Shown here one piece after another: positions 13,001-47,613 of a stretch of 64,000 bases of DNA (position 1 is the stretch's first letter; each line of letters opens with the position of its first letter). The notes under the pieces are model-generated. The model was not told the origin of the DNA and ran no database searches. It worked only from the letters and a program-made list of their open reading frames with translations. Source of the DNA: Macrostomum lignano (lineage: Eukaryota); contig NIVC01002511.1 of the NCBI GenBank assembly GCA_002269645.1, positions 1-64,000 on the forward strand, read 5' to 3'. Position numbers and translations under genes: made by a program.

Positions 13001-16000
13001 GGCTACCTGAACCCCAAGCTACTTGAATCCCAGGCTACCTGAACCCTAAGCTACCTGAACCCCAAGCTACTTGAATCCCCGGCTACCTGAACCCCAAGCT
13101 ACTTGAATCCCAAGCTACCTGAACCCCAAGCTACCTGAACCCCAAGCTACTTGAATCCCCGGCTACCTGAACCCCAAGCTACTTGAACCCCAAGCTACTT
13201 GAATCCCAGGCTACCTGAACCCCAAGCTACCTGAACCCCAAGCTACTTGAATCCCCGGCTACCTGAACCCCAAGCTACTTGAATCCCAGGCTACCTGAAC
13301 CCTAAGCTACCTGAACCCCAAGCTACTTGAATCCCCGGCTACCTGAACCCCAAGCTACTTGAACCCCAAGCTACTTGAATCCCCGGCTACCTGAACCCCA
13401 AGCTACTTGAATCCCAGGCTACCTGAACCCTAAGCTACCTGAACCCCAAGCTACTTGAATCCCCGGCTACTTGAACCCCAAGCTACTTGAATCCCCGGCT
13501 ACTTGAACCCCAAGCTACTTGAATCCCAGGCTACCTGATCAACAAGACCTGAACTCGAAGCTACTTGAAAAACTAACCTGATCCCAAAATCCCCTGAAGC
13601 CTAAACCCCAAACTACTTGAACCCCAAGCAACCTACAACCCTAAAGCCCACCTGGCTGACTCCGGTCTCATCAACGGTCTCAGCATCGGAGCTGAGCAGC
13701 CGAGCTCCTGTGCGCACAATTTTCGCAAAGTCCAACTCCTCGAACTGCAGCAGCAGCGAGTCAGACGTAGGCGGCCGGACGCGCTGACAGGCCGGCGGGC
13801 GCGAGTTGCCGTCAGGGCCGGCCAAGGCGGCCGAGATGGCCAAGACGGCCTGGGGGAGAAGTGCGGATTGTACTTCTGTGTGAATCTATAGCCATGCAGC
13901 ACTTACATCGGGACCTATTAATAGGGGGTTGTAGCCCAGTGGCTAGAGCGTCGGACTCACGACTGGAAGGTCGGGGGTTCGATCCCCATCTCACTGGAAC
14001 AATTAATTTGTGTCCTTGAGCAAGACACTTCACTCTGCATTGCTTCAGTTCACCCAACTGTAAAATGGGTGCCAGCATTAGCTGGGGTAATTGAGGGTGT
14101 GTGGCGACCCCCCAGTCCTTGAACTGAACAGCCGTACGCAGTCTTCAGATACGCCGCGCAATAGCTGCGTCTGAGCTGTCGGTTGCACATCTGGCCCGAT
14201 TGGGGCAGATGTAATCAGTTATTATTATTAGCCAATAGGCTTTTCATTTACCTGTCCAGCAGCCACTCGGGTATCCCAGCTTCGGCTTCTCAACAGCTTA
14301 GCGAGCCGTTGCAGCAGCTGCGGCGCCTCGTGCGGCATCGAGCGAGCCAGTTCGCCTATCTGCACTGCGGCCGACTTGCGAACCGCCTGCTGCTGGCCTC
14401 CGCTCTCCAACAGATGGTAGAGCCGGTCTAGCCTGCATTGGAGTTGGGGTGTTGTGTTTATCATGCGTTCAGAGCGTGCGCGACAGTGACCTTGGGAATC
14501 CCCAGAGGCTGGATGTTTCTACTGGCTGGGGCGGAGTCACGTGACAATGACACCTATTGCTTGGAATTTTGCAATATGCGCATACATTTTTATCGATATG
14601 TGCAGGAAAAGATGTCACGTGACAATTATTTATACTCTCATTCAGGCTTGATTGGATTTTCTAGATAAAAATGGATGAAGGACACCTAGACTAGACTAGA
14701 CTGCATTACTCAAGGACTCCAAATTGCACAATTTAGATTCTTGACTAATTATTGACTTTGTGGACAGCAAATTAATATAACAATACAATAAAACAAGTAA
14801 TATTATAATTTTTAATGCATCTTGGAATTTAAAATTAAGAAATACATAAGTAGGCCCCTAGCCTAGCAAACAGTAGCATAACTAGAAGTCATTACCAGAT
14901 GGTCTTCCCTAATTTCTTAGATTATCCCAAAAGAAAGGGCTAACCATTAACCATGGTTGTACCATTGTTGGCAAATTTTAAAGAGAATTACATTTTGAGA
15001 CTATAGATAACTTGTCTTAAACTTTCCTTAAGCAATTTCTTAAAAATAAATAAACATCACTTTTACTGGAACACCTACAACTTTGGTAGGATAGAAATCT
15101 ACCCTGTAGCATAACAGCAGGTAACAACAGTATAATATTTATAGAAGGCAAAATTTAAGCCTCATTACAACTCAGTAACATTAATGAAATTTTTAAAAGA
15201 TAGGAAAATATCCACATAAGAACTGCAATAGCTTAGTAATAGAATTGAAGCACATTGGAGTTAGCTTTGGAAAAGAAGTAAAAGGATGTTAATCACTTTG
15301 GCTACTGGCATTTTGTGCTTGTCAAATGGTCAACTGCCAACAAAATCATCAAGAATCTTTCCACTTATTTATGTACCAAAACCACCCCTGCTGACTGTTG
15401 CTAAGGATAAGATTATTGCCATAGCAACTATGCAATAGCAGTAGCTAGAAGCAGTCCTGCTAGAGACCCAATGTGGCCAGATGGCCTTTCAGTCTACTGT
15501 CTTTTTGGCCACATTTTAGTATAATCATGTTGTATCATAATTAGTAGTGACTAGCAATCTAGTGCCTTCCCACCATTGGGGTAACCACTAAGCAAAGGAC
15601 AAAAGTTCTTTATATAAATATGAGCCTTGACATGTTAGACTTCTTTTCCTTTCCATCTTTTCTTTTCTTTGACATCCTAGCAATTTCCCTTATAAGCTTT
15701 GACATCTTAGCAATTCCCCTTATAAGCTTTGATGTTGCAGTGATTCCTACCAGCAAGACTTTATATCTCAGAAATTCTCCCTGTATTTGAAATCTCATAA
15801 ATTCCCCTAGAAGGCCTTGGCATCTCAATAACTCTCCTAGTAAGCCTTCAACATCTTAGCAATTCAACTTGAGCCTTGATATCTTACTTAGCAATTCCCC
15901 AAGAAGCCTGGAGATTTCAACAATTCTCCCAATAAGCCTCAATATCTTAGCAATTCAATTTGAGCCTTGACATCTTAGCAATTCTTTAGTAAGTCTCAAG

Positions 16001-18110
16001 CATTATAGAAATTCTTGCCAAGTCTTGATCTTAAATATTTTCTATGAGCCTTGACATCTTAGAATTCCTCAAAAATTATTTTATATTTGACATTGGACAA
16101 TAATTATAATAAATAAATTATTACAATACCAATAGCACAAATAGCCAATATGGATATTAAAATCTTAGAAATTTATAATCCTGCAACCTAAAAATTTTCA
16201 TTTTTCTAAAATCTATAGGCTTAGATAATCTTAGGTTGATATAGAAAAGTGCTAAGTCTAGATATTCTAGGATCTTAGGATATCACTAGGGTTATTGGGA
16301 TTCAACCCACTTCAGCAAAGAATTTTCAGTAAAAATCAATAATGGCAAAAGACTTTTGCAGTGACCATTTTGTCTAAATCTGGCCATTTTGGCGAACAAT
16401 TTGTTAGGACACCTATGATTGTTGATCCATACAGGCAAAGAGGTTATTGGCAAGTTTAAGGCTTTTAAAAAAATTAAAAAAACAATGGCATAACTAAAAA
16501 ACAAACATTAAAAATGAACAAATTTAGCAAATTGAATTGATAAATAAAAAAGTTGCTTGTGCTAAAAATTAAATCTCTTCATTTTAATTATATATACATT
16601 ATGTAAATTAAGTTGGTGCATTTACTTATAATTCAAGAAGCTCTTAGTTGAGTGCAGACTTGAGCGGTGTTCATGCGGTGCTCAAACTCAGACACTTTCA
16701 TTATGCTTGTATGTTGTGCTAGAATTGTTGCAACTGTCCTTGTGCAATCAGCTAAGCCGTCTGGCTCTGCTAGTGATAGCACCTAGCTGATTGGGCACCT
16801 AGGGATTACATGTATACAGTACTTAGCAATCATTTTTTAGTCAAAAGTTCCACCTATACAAATCATAAATAAGTTGATGGTATATGTTGACAAGCACTTA
16901 TAGTCTTCTCACATAGTAGATATATGCTTGTACTGTACATATACTATAAATCTCTAGGTGCATTCAGTTGCAGAGTGCAGAGTTCTATTATATTCTTGTA
17001 TACCTTTGTAAAGCAAGTTACTATAAGCATAGAGTGATTTAAAGCTCATTTAAACTTTGGCCTAAATTGATAACAATGTAAATAAGCCTTTAGTGCTATT
17101 ACAAGTGTTCACTCAGTGTTATTACAGTGCTATTACAGTGTTCAAAAGTGAATTCACTTATTTGTGGAGCCATCCTAATCCTTCAATGTACTTTATACAA
17201 GTATATATCAACATGCATTCAAGCTCAATTTGTGTTTGTAAGTTTTCAATGTACAAATATATATGTGATAAAGCAGTCAATAAATAATTTGTTAAGACTA
17301 GAGCTATTAGCAACAAAGTATTGTATTTACTATCTTTTTGCCAAACTGGTCACTTTCTTTTACCAAAAAGTCCCTTTTTGAAAACTAAAAATCTTTCCTC
17401 CCTGAAGCATATTTTGCCAAAATGGGCTGTATCCAATTATAGCCCTTGATATTTAAATACAAAAAGAAGGTGCCATCTTATCCAAAGCCTAGTATCCAAT
17501 AAAATTAGATTGTTAAATATTTTATAATAGGCCAAAAGGTGGCTAGCCTAGCCTAAATAAACAAAAATATAATGTTTTTTATTATAATCTATATAAAGCA
17601 TTCTCAAGACATTGGCAGTGAACTTTGCAGTGGCTAATCTGGTTAGTAGGCCCCTATCAACTATGTCTATAGAGCCTAGCACTAGCAGGCCAAGTTAGGC
17701 CTATAAAACTGACAACCAAAAATAAAGACTAAAAAGAAAGGATAAGGATAATGGCTAAATAGAAAAGTGAAAAAACATGGAAAAAATATGATACAGGAAA
17801 GGAAGAATAGAAAAAGCTAGCAAAGCAAAAACAAAGCAAGTTCAATTCACAAGAGGTGTTATAATCATTTGAAGCAAGAAATGACTAATATAATATAGCA
17901 AGCTAGCTACTTGTATAGTCTGAGTAATAAATTAAAAATATCCGAAGGGCCTACTAGGCCTCAGGCTCAATATAGAACTTGAAATTTAGAAAATTAGGGC
18001 TTAAACAACTGAAGTGGGGGTACTCAGCTACTAAGATTCATTAGACATTTTTAGTATTACGTTAAAATTGGTCAGGCTAGGGCTGGGAGGTAAGCTTACC
18101 TTGATGTCAT
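3915..18110 (-). CDS. BTAF1: TATA-binding protein-associated factor 172 / Mot1 (N-terminal HEAT-repeat half; gene continues left of the window)
   Basis: Exons 18110-18100, 14432-14252, 13849-13652, 12210-11860, 11326-10593, 9680-9332, 6638-6043, 4067-3915; all GT-AG with compatible phases, about 857 codons. Motifs [74 protein letters not shown] match BTAF1/Mot1 as I recall it. No SNF2 helicase exons seen in 1-3914. Confidence 0.93.
4300..5400 (-). mobile_element. Possible decayed LTR-retroelement remnant
   Basis: Minus strand: purine tract AGGAATGGGAGAG followed by TGTCAC... and ...TCTCTTACA near 4800, then broken ORF fragments. No RT or integrase motif seen. Confidence 0.2.
6043..6638 (-). 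CDS. BTAF1: BTAF1 exon 7
   Basis: ccgttcag|GAA GAC ... ATT GG|gtgagt; [37 protein letters not shown]. Confidence 0.88.
6655..9320. repeat. 34-bp satellite filling BTAF1 intron 6
   Basis: Unit GTCATAAGTC(TCT/ATA)AGCCTA(G/A)ACGGTCATACTCTA; interrupted by the SINE at 7126-7494. Confidence 0.97.
7126..7494 (-). mobile_element. Full-length tRNA-derived SINE (family A) with polyA tail and 14-bp TSD
   Basis: Minus strand: A-box TAGCCCAGCGG, B-box-like GGCTCGATTCC, 3' AATA-A14 tail. TSD AACGGTCATACTCT at 7112-7125 and 7495-7508, inside the 34-bp satellite. Confidence 0.85.
9332..9680 (-). CDS. BTAF1: BTAF1 exon 6
   Basis: atcctgcag|C ACT ... TTT CTG|gtaagt; [28 protein letters not shown]. Confidence 0.88.
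9800..10550. repeat. 30-bp minisatellite in BTAF1 intron 5
   Basis: Unit GCTGAGATGCCAAGGCTCACAGG(T/G)GGAATT. Confidence 0.97.
10593..11326 (-). CDS. BTAF1: BTAF1 exon 5
   Basis: ccctcgcag|CAA TCC ... CAG TT|gtgagc; most conserved HEAT region (WEVRHG, DFVSDEV.APVRETC). Confidence 0.93.
11560..11770. repeat. 24-bp minisatellite in BTAF1 intron 4
   Basis: Unit ATAAAAGGCGCCAAAATTGAGATC. Confidence 0.92.
11860..12210 (-). CDS. BTAF1: BTAF1 exon 4
   Basis: ctcccccag|GTG GAC ... GTG AAG|gtaact; 351 nt; LEQRLGLD...IEDDDL acidic linker. Confidence 0.85.
12262..13625. repeat. 16-bp satellite filling BTAF1 intron 3
   Basis: Unit GCTAC(C/T)TGAA(C/T)CCC(A/C)(A/G). Confidence 0.97.
13652..13849 (-). 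CDS. BTAF1: BTAF1 exon 3
   Basis: ctcccccag|GCC GTC ... AGC CAG|gtgggc; 198 nt, phase 0/0; [21 protein letters not shown]. Confidence 0.85.
13924..14231 (+). mobile_element. tRNA-derived CORE-SINE (family B), full length, in BTAF1 intron 2
   Basis: A-box TAGCCCAGTGG, B-box GGTTCGATCC; a MIR-core-like segment TGTGTCCTTGAGCAAGACACTT...CAGTT...CTGTAAAATGGG; 3' stem-loop and (ATT)n tail. Confidence 0.82.
14252..14432 (-). CDS. BTAF1: BTAF1 exon 2
   Basis: aatgcag|G CTA GAC ... GGA CAG|gtaaat; [11 protein letters not shown]...WDTRVAAGQ. Confidence 0.9.
14528..14655 (-). promoter_or_regulatory. Promoter-like motif cluster in BTAF1 intron 1 (GC box, two GTCACGTGAC palindromes, CCAAT)
   Basis: GGGGCGGAG 14528-14536; GTCACGTGAC 14536-14545 and 14614-14623; ATTGG 14651-14655; 65-190 bp upstream of an in-frame ATG at 14464. 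Confidence 0.4.
15620..16070. repeat. Degenerate ~30-bp array, inverted relative of the 9800-10550 array
   Basis: Unit approximately GAGCCTTGACATCTTAGCAATTCCCC, the reverse complement of the intron-5 unit. Confidence 0.7.
18100..18110 (-). CDS. BTAF1: BTAF1 coding exon 1 (11-nt ATG ACA TCA AG|gtaagc)
   Basis: Joins in phase 2 to the exon starting G CTA GAC CGG to give MTSRLDRL, the typical Mot1 N-terminus; strong donor. Confidence 0.75.
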
Positions 18111-18289
18111 TAAATTGTCGATTAATGAAAAATGAATCAAAAAGCACTCGCAAATGTGGTTTAAAAGCTGATTTAGCAATAAATAACTCACATTTAAACG
18201 AGACCTTAGACCCACTTTTCACGTCCAGCTGATATTTATACTGATTGAAAATATGCTGGGACCCCACTTCTTAAGGCTTGAAGAACCGT

Positions 18290-18760
18290 TCTGATTGGCT
18301 CACGTGATTTAATGAATAAATCAAAATATAAGGTAATTTAGCAAAACTTCTCTTAATTCGTTTACAAATGAAACCGAAACTCTTCAAAATGTAATTTTTG
18401 TTTAAAAAACTGTATAATAGTATGCTTTTTAGAAATAATTAAACGACTACAGAAAGAAACTGAAAACATTTTTACTGTAAAAATTCGTGGAAGACGCAAG
18501 TAAAATGCTTCGACGCATATTCCCAAAAAAGAAGCAAAGAGTAGCTCACAGGTTCTTTGTTTACAGTCACTTTGTAACTCCTATGAAGAATTTTGTTTAC
18601 TAAATTGCAATCTTACGAGAACTTACTACGTTTAATGCATAAGACGTAGTAGTCTCCAAAAAGCCTTACTAGTCATTTAGGCTTTTTCCTAAATGTATAT
18701 TGGTCGACTCCTAAATAAGTATTGGTCGACAAATTTTTGCAACCTAGACACCTATTGCTG
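18290..18760 (-). promoter_or_regulatory. Probable BTAF1 proximal promoter
   Basis: ATTGG followed by TCACGTGA (18300-18307) about 190 bp upstream of the ATG; duplicated TATTGGTCGAC near 18700-18730. Confidence 0.35.
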
Positions 18761-20629
18761 CGCAGCCCTCGTATTCATGCCATTTCGGCCCTCGGAAACA
18801 GACACACCCTTTTATTGTTGCCAATTCTTGGCTACTTATTAATTATTGCACCGCATGGCTTTAAAATATGAAATACTGCGGTACATGTAGGTATAGAAAC
18901 ATGTGACATGTAAGAGCTCCCACTCCCACAAAATGGATCTAGACTGCTGAAGGAATGTGGGAAGTCATGTCAAAATCGCAATATAATGGTAGAATCTTCC
19001 GATCTAATTCAATTACTCTCTAATTACGGTTCACCATTCAACAAAAAACTGAGGCTATATGTCAGTCACAAACTTATATTGATAAGTTTTCAAAGCAATT
19101 TTTTCCAGCAGCTTTGCCGGTAGTTTTATGCTATATTTTATTAAGATTTTTATGCCAAAATGACTATATGATAAGTGACTATTTGTCGCAGACGTAGGAA
19201 CGCAGAGATGATTTAAATGGGTATAAAGGATTACAAATCAGCAAGCGCCAAGCTGATAGTATTATATGTCAGACGCAGATGGACCAGAGGACCAGATGCG
19301 ATTCTGGGTTGCCCAGAGACAAAAATAAGAACAGAAAAACATTGCGCGCCAATGCCAATATAAAAAACGAAAAGCTTCACAACTGTTGCTGCTGCGTTCA
19401 AAACTGATCTGATGATTCCAAGAAAACGATAACGACTAAACAGACAAAACAGAGGTTTAACCGTTTAGAATGAATGTACAACAGGGGACCTCAAGAAAAT
19501 AGCAAGCACAAAGGTAGTCAAAAAGGTTAGCAGAGAAGAAAAAACAGAAAAAGAATCTAAAGAACAAAGACAAACACTAAGAGATTGCAGTCTATAAATT
19601 GTGTATGGAACTTGAGTTTCTTGTGCGCAGATATTTAGTAAAATTATGATAAATATTTAAACTAGAATAGCAAATAATAAACAAAGGCCAAGCTTATAAA
19701 AAATGGCTTGAAATATCGTATATAACTGTGCTTTTCTAAATTCTAAAAAGGTCAAAAGCACAATACACTTGTAAGTAAAAAAGTGGTAGGCAATACAAAA
19801 TAAAACCATACATCCTAGTTCTAAATTGATTAGAATTTATTAATTTTGTAATTGCACACTAAAAAATTATTACGCCATATTATTTGCACATTAATGATTT
19901 TGTTGAGGAAAGCACAAATCTTAGCGACTGTTGATGACTAAACCAGTTGTGCGCATCGTAAAATCAACTAGAATATTCAACATTTCTAAATATAAAGTAA
20001 CATTGAAAAAAGTGACTTTTACAACTGCCTAAAACTAGTGCAAAAACTTATTCAGTTTTTTAAAGAGGGTTACTCAATAGTCAAATAAGAAACTTGCTGA
20101 TTAATAAAATATCCAGGCAATAATTAATTAGTTAACACATGTAAGTAGGCTGTGTACTAATAACATCTCGAACCAATGACAAGCAGCATAGTACGATATG
20201 AACGTGTTGGATGATGAACACCATTTAGAATTTAGCAAAATAGTCAACATATAATGGTCCCATTATTGTACTTTAAGCAAATCTATCTATACGCTGACTG
20301 TATTGACAATGTACGCAGATAAATATAGATGAGAATACGCATTGCACAGAGTTTGATGTCCAATAGTACTTGTATGCCTATGGGCTCAAATTTATACAAT
20401 TTTTGCGTTTAATAGTTGACGTTGCCAAACATTTTAAGCAAAAAAGACATGAAATATTAACGGCAAGATGCACAGAAGCATATGATCAATATCTCCATTT
20501 CTAAAAAAATTAAGTACTAAAATGAATTGCATTGCCTTTTATCATCCGGTAATAAGGTCACAAAAACTTTGTGACAAAATTGGATATTTTAACTTGGTAA
20601 TCTCGAAAACGATAGATTAGAAATTCATT

Positions 20630-22420
20630 ATCCCTCAAACTGGATAGATTAGCAATCCATTATATTCCCTCAAACTGGATAGATTAGCGATCCATTCTAT
20701 CCCCTCAAACTGGATAGATTAGCAATCCATTATATTCCCTCAAACTGGATAGATTAGCGATCCATTCTATCCCCTCAAACTGGATAGATTAGCAATCCAT
20801 TCTATCGCCTCAAACTGGATAGATTAGCAATCCATTCTATTCCCTCAAACTGGATAGAATAGCAATCCATTCTATCGCGTCAAACTGTATAGATTAGCGA
20901 TCCATTCTATAATTTCTATCCCCTCAAACTGGATAGATTAGCAATCCATTCTATCGCGTCAAACTGTATAGATTAGCAATCCATTCTATAATTTCTATCC
21001 CCTCAAACTGGATAGATTAGCAATCCATTCTATCGCGTCAAACTGTATAGATTAGCAATCCATTCTATAATTTCTATCCCCTCAAACTGGATAGATTAGC
21101 AATCCATTATATTCCCTCAAACTGGATAGATTAGCGATCCATTCTATCCCCTCAAACTGGATAGATTAGCAATCCATTCTATCGCCTCAAACTGGATAGA
21201 TTAGCAATCCATTCTATCGCGTCAAACTGTATAGATTAGCAATCCATTCTATAATTTCTATCCCCTCAAACTGGATAGATTAGCAATCCATTCTATCCCC
21301 TCAAACTGGATAGATTAGCAATCCATTCTATCCCCTCAAACTGGATAGATTAGCGATCCATTCTATCCCCTCAAACTGGATAGATTAGCAATCCATTCTA
21401 TCCCCTCAAACTGGATAGATTAGCGATCCATTATATTCCCTCAAACTGGATAGATTAGCAATCCATTCTATCCCCTCAAACTGGATAGATTAGCAATCCA
21501 TTCTATCCCCTCAAACTGGATAGATTAGCGATCCATTCTATCCCCTCAAACTGGATAGATTAGCGATCCATTATATTCCCTCAAACTGGATAGATTAGCA
21601 ATCCATTCTATCGCGTCAAACTGGATAGATTAGCAATCCATTCTATCCCCTCAAACTGGATAGATTAGCAATCCATTCTATCCCCTCAAACTGGATAGAT
21701 TAGCAATCCATTCTATCCCCTCAAACTGGATAGATTAGCGATCCATTCTATTCCCTCAAACTGGATAGATTAGCAATCCATTCTATCCCCTCAAACTGGA
21801 TAGATTAGCAATCCATTCTATTCCCTCAAACTGAATAGATTAGCAATCCATTCTATTCCCTCAAACTGTATAGATTAGCAATCAGTTCTATCCCCTCAAA
21901 CTGTATAGATTAGCAATCCATTCTATCCCCTCAAACTGGATAGATTAGCAATCCATTCTATCCCCTCAAACTGGATAGATTAGCGATCCATTCTATCCCC
22001 TCAAACTGGATAGATTAGCAATCCATTCTATCCCCTCAAACTGGATAGATTAGCAATCCATTCTATCCCCTCAAACTGGATAGATTAGCGATCCATTATA
22101 TTCCCTCAAACTGGATAGATTAGCAATCCATTCTATCGCGTCAAACTGGATAGATTAGCAATCCATTCTATCCCCTCAAACTGGATAGATTAGCAATCCA
22201 TTCTATCCCCTCAAACTGGATAGATTAGCGATCCATTCTATCCCCTCAAACTGGATAGATTAGCAATCCATTCTATCGCGTCAAACTGGATAGATTAGCA
22301 ATCCATTCTATCCCCTCAAACTGGATAGATTAGCGATCCATTCTATCCCCTCAAACTGGATAGATTAGCGATCCATTATATTCCCTCAAACTGGATAGAT
22401 TAGCAATCCATTCTATTCCA
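20630..22420. repeat. 35-bp intergenic satellite with internal inverted repeats
   Basis: Unit CCCCTCAAACTGGATAGATTAGCAATCCATTCTAT. Confidence 0.97.
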
Positions 22421-22835
22421 ATAAATAGCATTAGCAATGTAACTTTTGATTCCTAAATATAATAACCATAATTGCACACATATTTTGCTTTTGCAACAAA
22501 AGCAACAAAATTTTGATATGCAGCCGGATGGATATGGAAAATAAGAATAATAAAGAGTACAAAAGCATTGCTAGCAATATGATAAAGTCACTTCTAAAGC
22601 ATCATGTTATTACGCGTACAAATAATTGAAAAGACTTTTTTTTAAAAACAAAGCTTTTTCTGTCTCGACCTGCCTGGCTCAGTAGAAGAAAGCAAAATGT
22701 TTTAACAAAATCCCTGAACAGTGAGAAAAATGGATATATAAGTAGACAATAAACAAACTATTAGAGAGCATTGTTACCCTAGCAACCGCAAAAACACGCA
22801 GAAGGAAACTATGAAATTGAAATTAGGGACACAGC

Positions 22836-46638
<23,803 letters not shown>

Positions 46639-47534
46639 TGTATCAAGCCCTTGAAAACTTCTAAAAACAATAAAAACTGAATTAACAGGTAGCTGTTGGA
46701 AGAATAAAATATCCAACCGGCCTAAATATGCAATCAAGTGGCAAAATAAAGTTAGGCTAGGGTTACTTTAACTGTAGCTAGGCCTACTACATAGTATGAT
46801 AATTTTGCCATCTAGAGGCTACAAGTCACAGAAGACGTCAGAACTATCAAGTCATCACGCTTTAATATGGTGACTATTGACAAAACACAATTGTTCTGCT
46901 ATTAAGGATTAGGGATACCAGATTAATGGATGTCTCAAGATTGAGCTTTAAAGAATTTGTAAGAAAACTTAGTGTTTCGAAGAAAGAATATATGTTTTGA
47001 AAATATCACGTAATCCGGTATTAACTACATTTTGAGTGTCAATTAAGATTTTGGTGAATCTAGTGACAGGTAGTCCAGCTTGACCAGCGCAAAAGCAACG
47101 AAAATGTAAAAAAAATATAAAAACCTAATTAAATTTTGCCCGAAAAATGACAGCTCTCCTATTCTCATTATCTTGTAATATTTTTGATTTTTGTGTATTA
47201 ACAAATTTTCTACAAATGCTTTTTTATTAGGTGCAAAAACTAAAAACAAAGTTCAAGCAAACAGCCTTCTAATATTTTAGAATTTGATTTCAAAACAATA
47301 GTTTAACTTTCAAATGTTCATTTTCTCAGAAAATTCGCGAGTAAAGTCTAGGAACAAATTGGGGTTTTAATACTAAGTGTTTTAGTGTGTTTCGGTGAAA
47401 TATTCGTTTAGCTGTATTTTTAGCGATTCATTTTTGCAATATTTCAAGTTGCCCTAGCTAAAAGTGATTAAATAGAGCGCAGAATCTGCGTCATTTTTTC
47501 TGGTTTGTTCCCACTGTCATGATTCAATTGACAC
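46639..47534. promoter_or_regulatory. Probable bidirectional promoter region ARHGAP39/UBTD
   Basis: Divergent start codons are 896 bp apart; inferred from position only. Confidence 0.45.
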
Positions 47535-47613
47535 ATGGGAAACTGCTTGAGAGGAAACCCTGATGATATTGAAGTCTCGGAAAGTTCTTATCACCAACGG
47601 TCTTCGTCTAGAG
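47535..47613 (+). CDS. UBTD1: UBTD exon 1
   Basis: ATG GGA AAC TGC; 79 nt, phase 1, matches G|GC AAC at 58213. Confidence 0.8.

Noticed and set aside
13924-13995. tRNA-Val(CAC)-like gene (also at 59890-59962 and 63927-64000)
   Set aside because: The anticodon and acceptor stems do not pair properly, and the two longer copies continue into a shared SINE body and tail.
20630-22420. CRISPR-like appearance of the 35-bp palindromic repeat (also the 32-, 34- and 36-bp arrays)
   Set aside because: The units abut with no unique spacers, there are no cas genes, and the context is eukaryotic.
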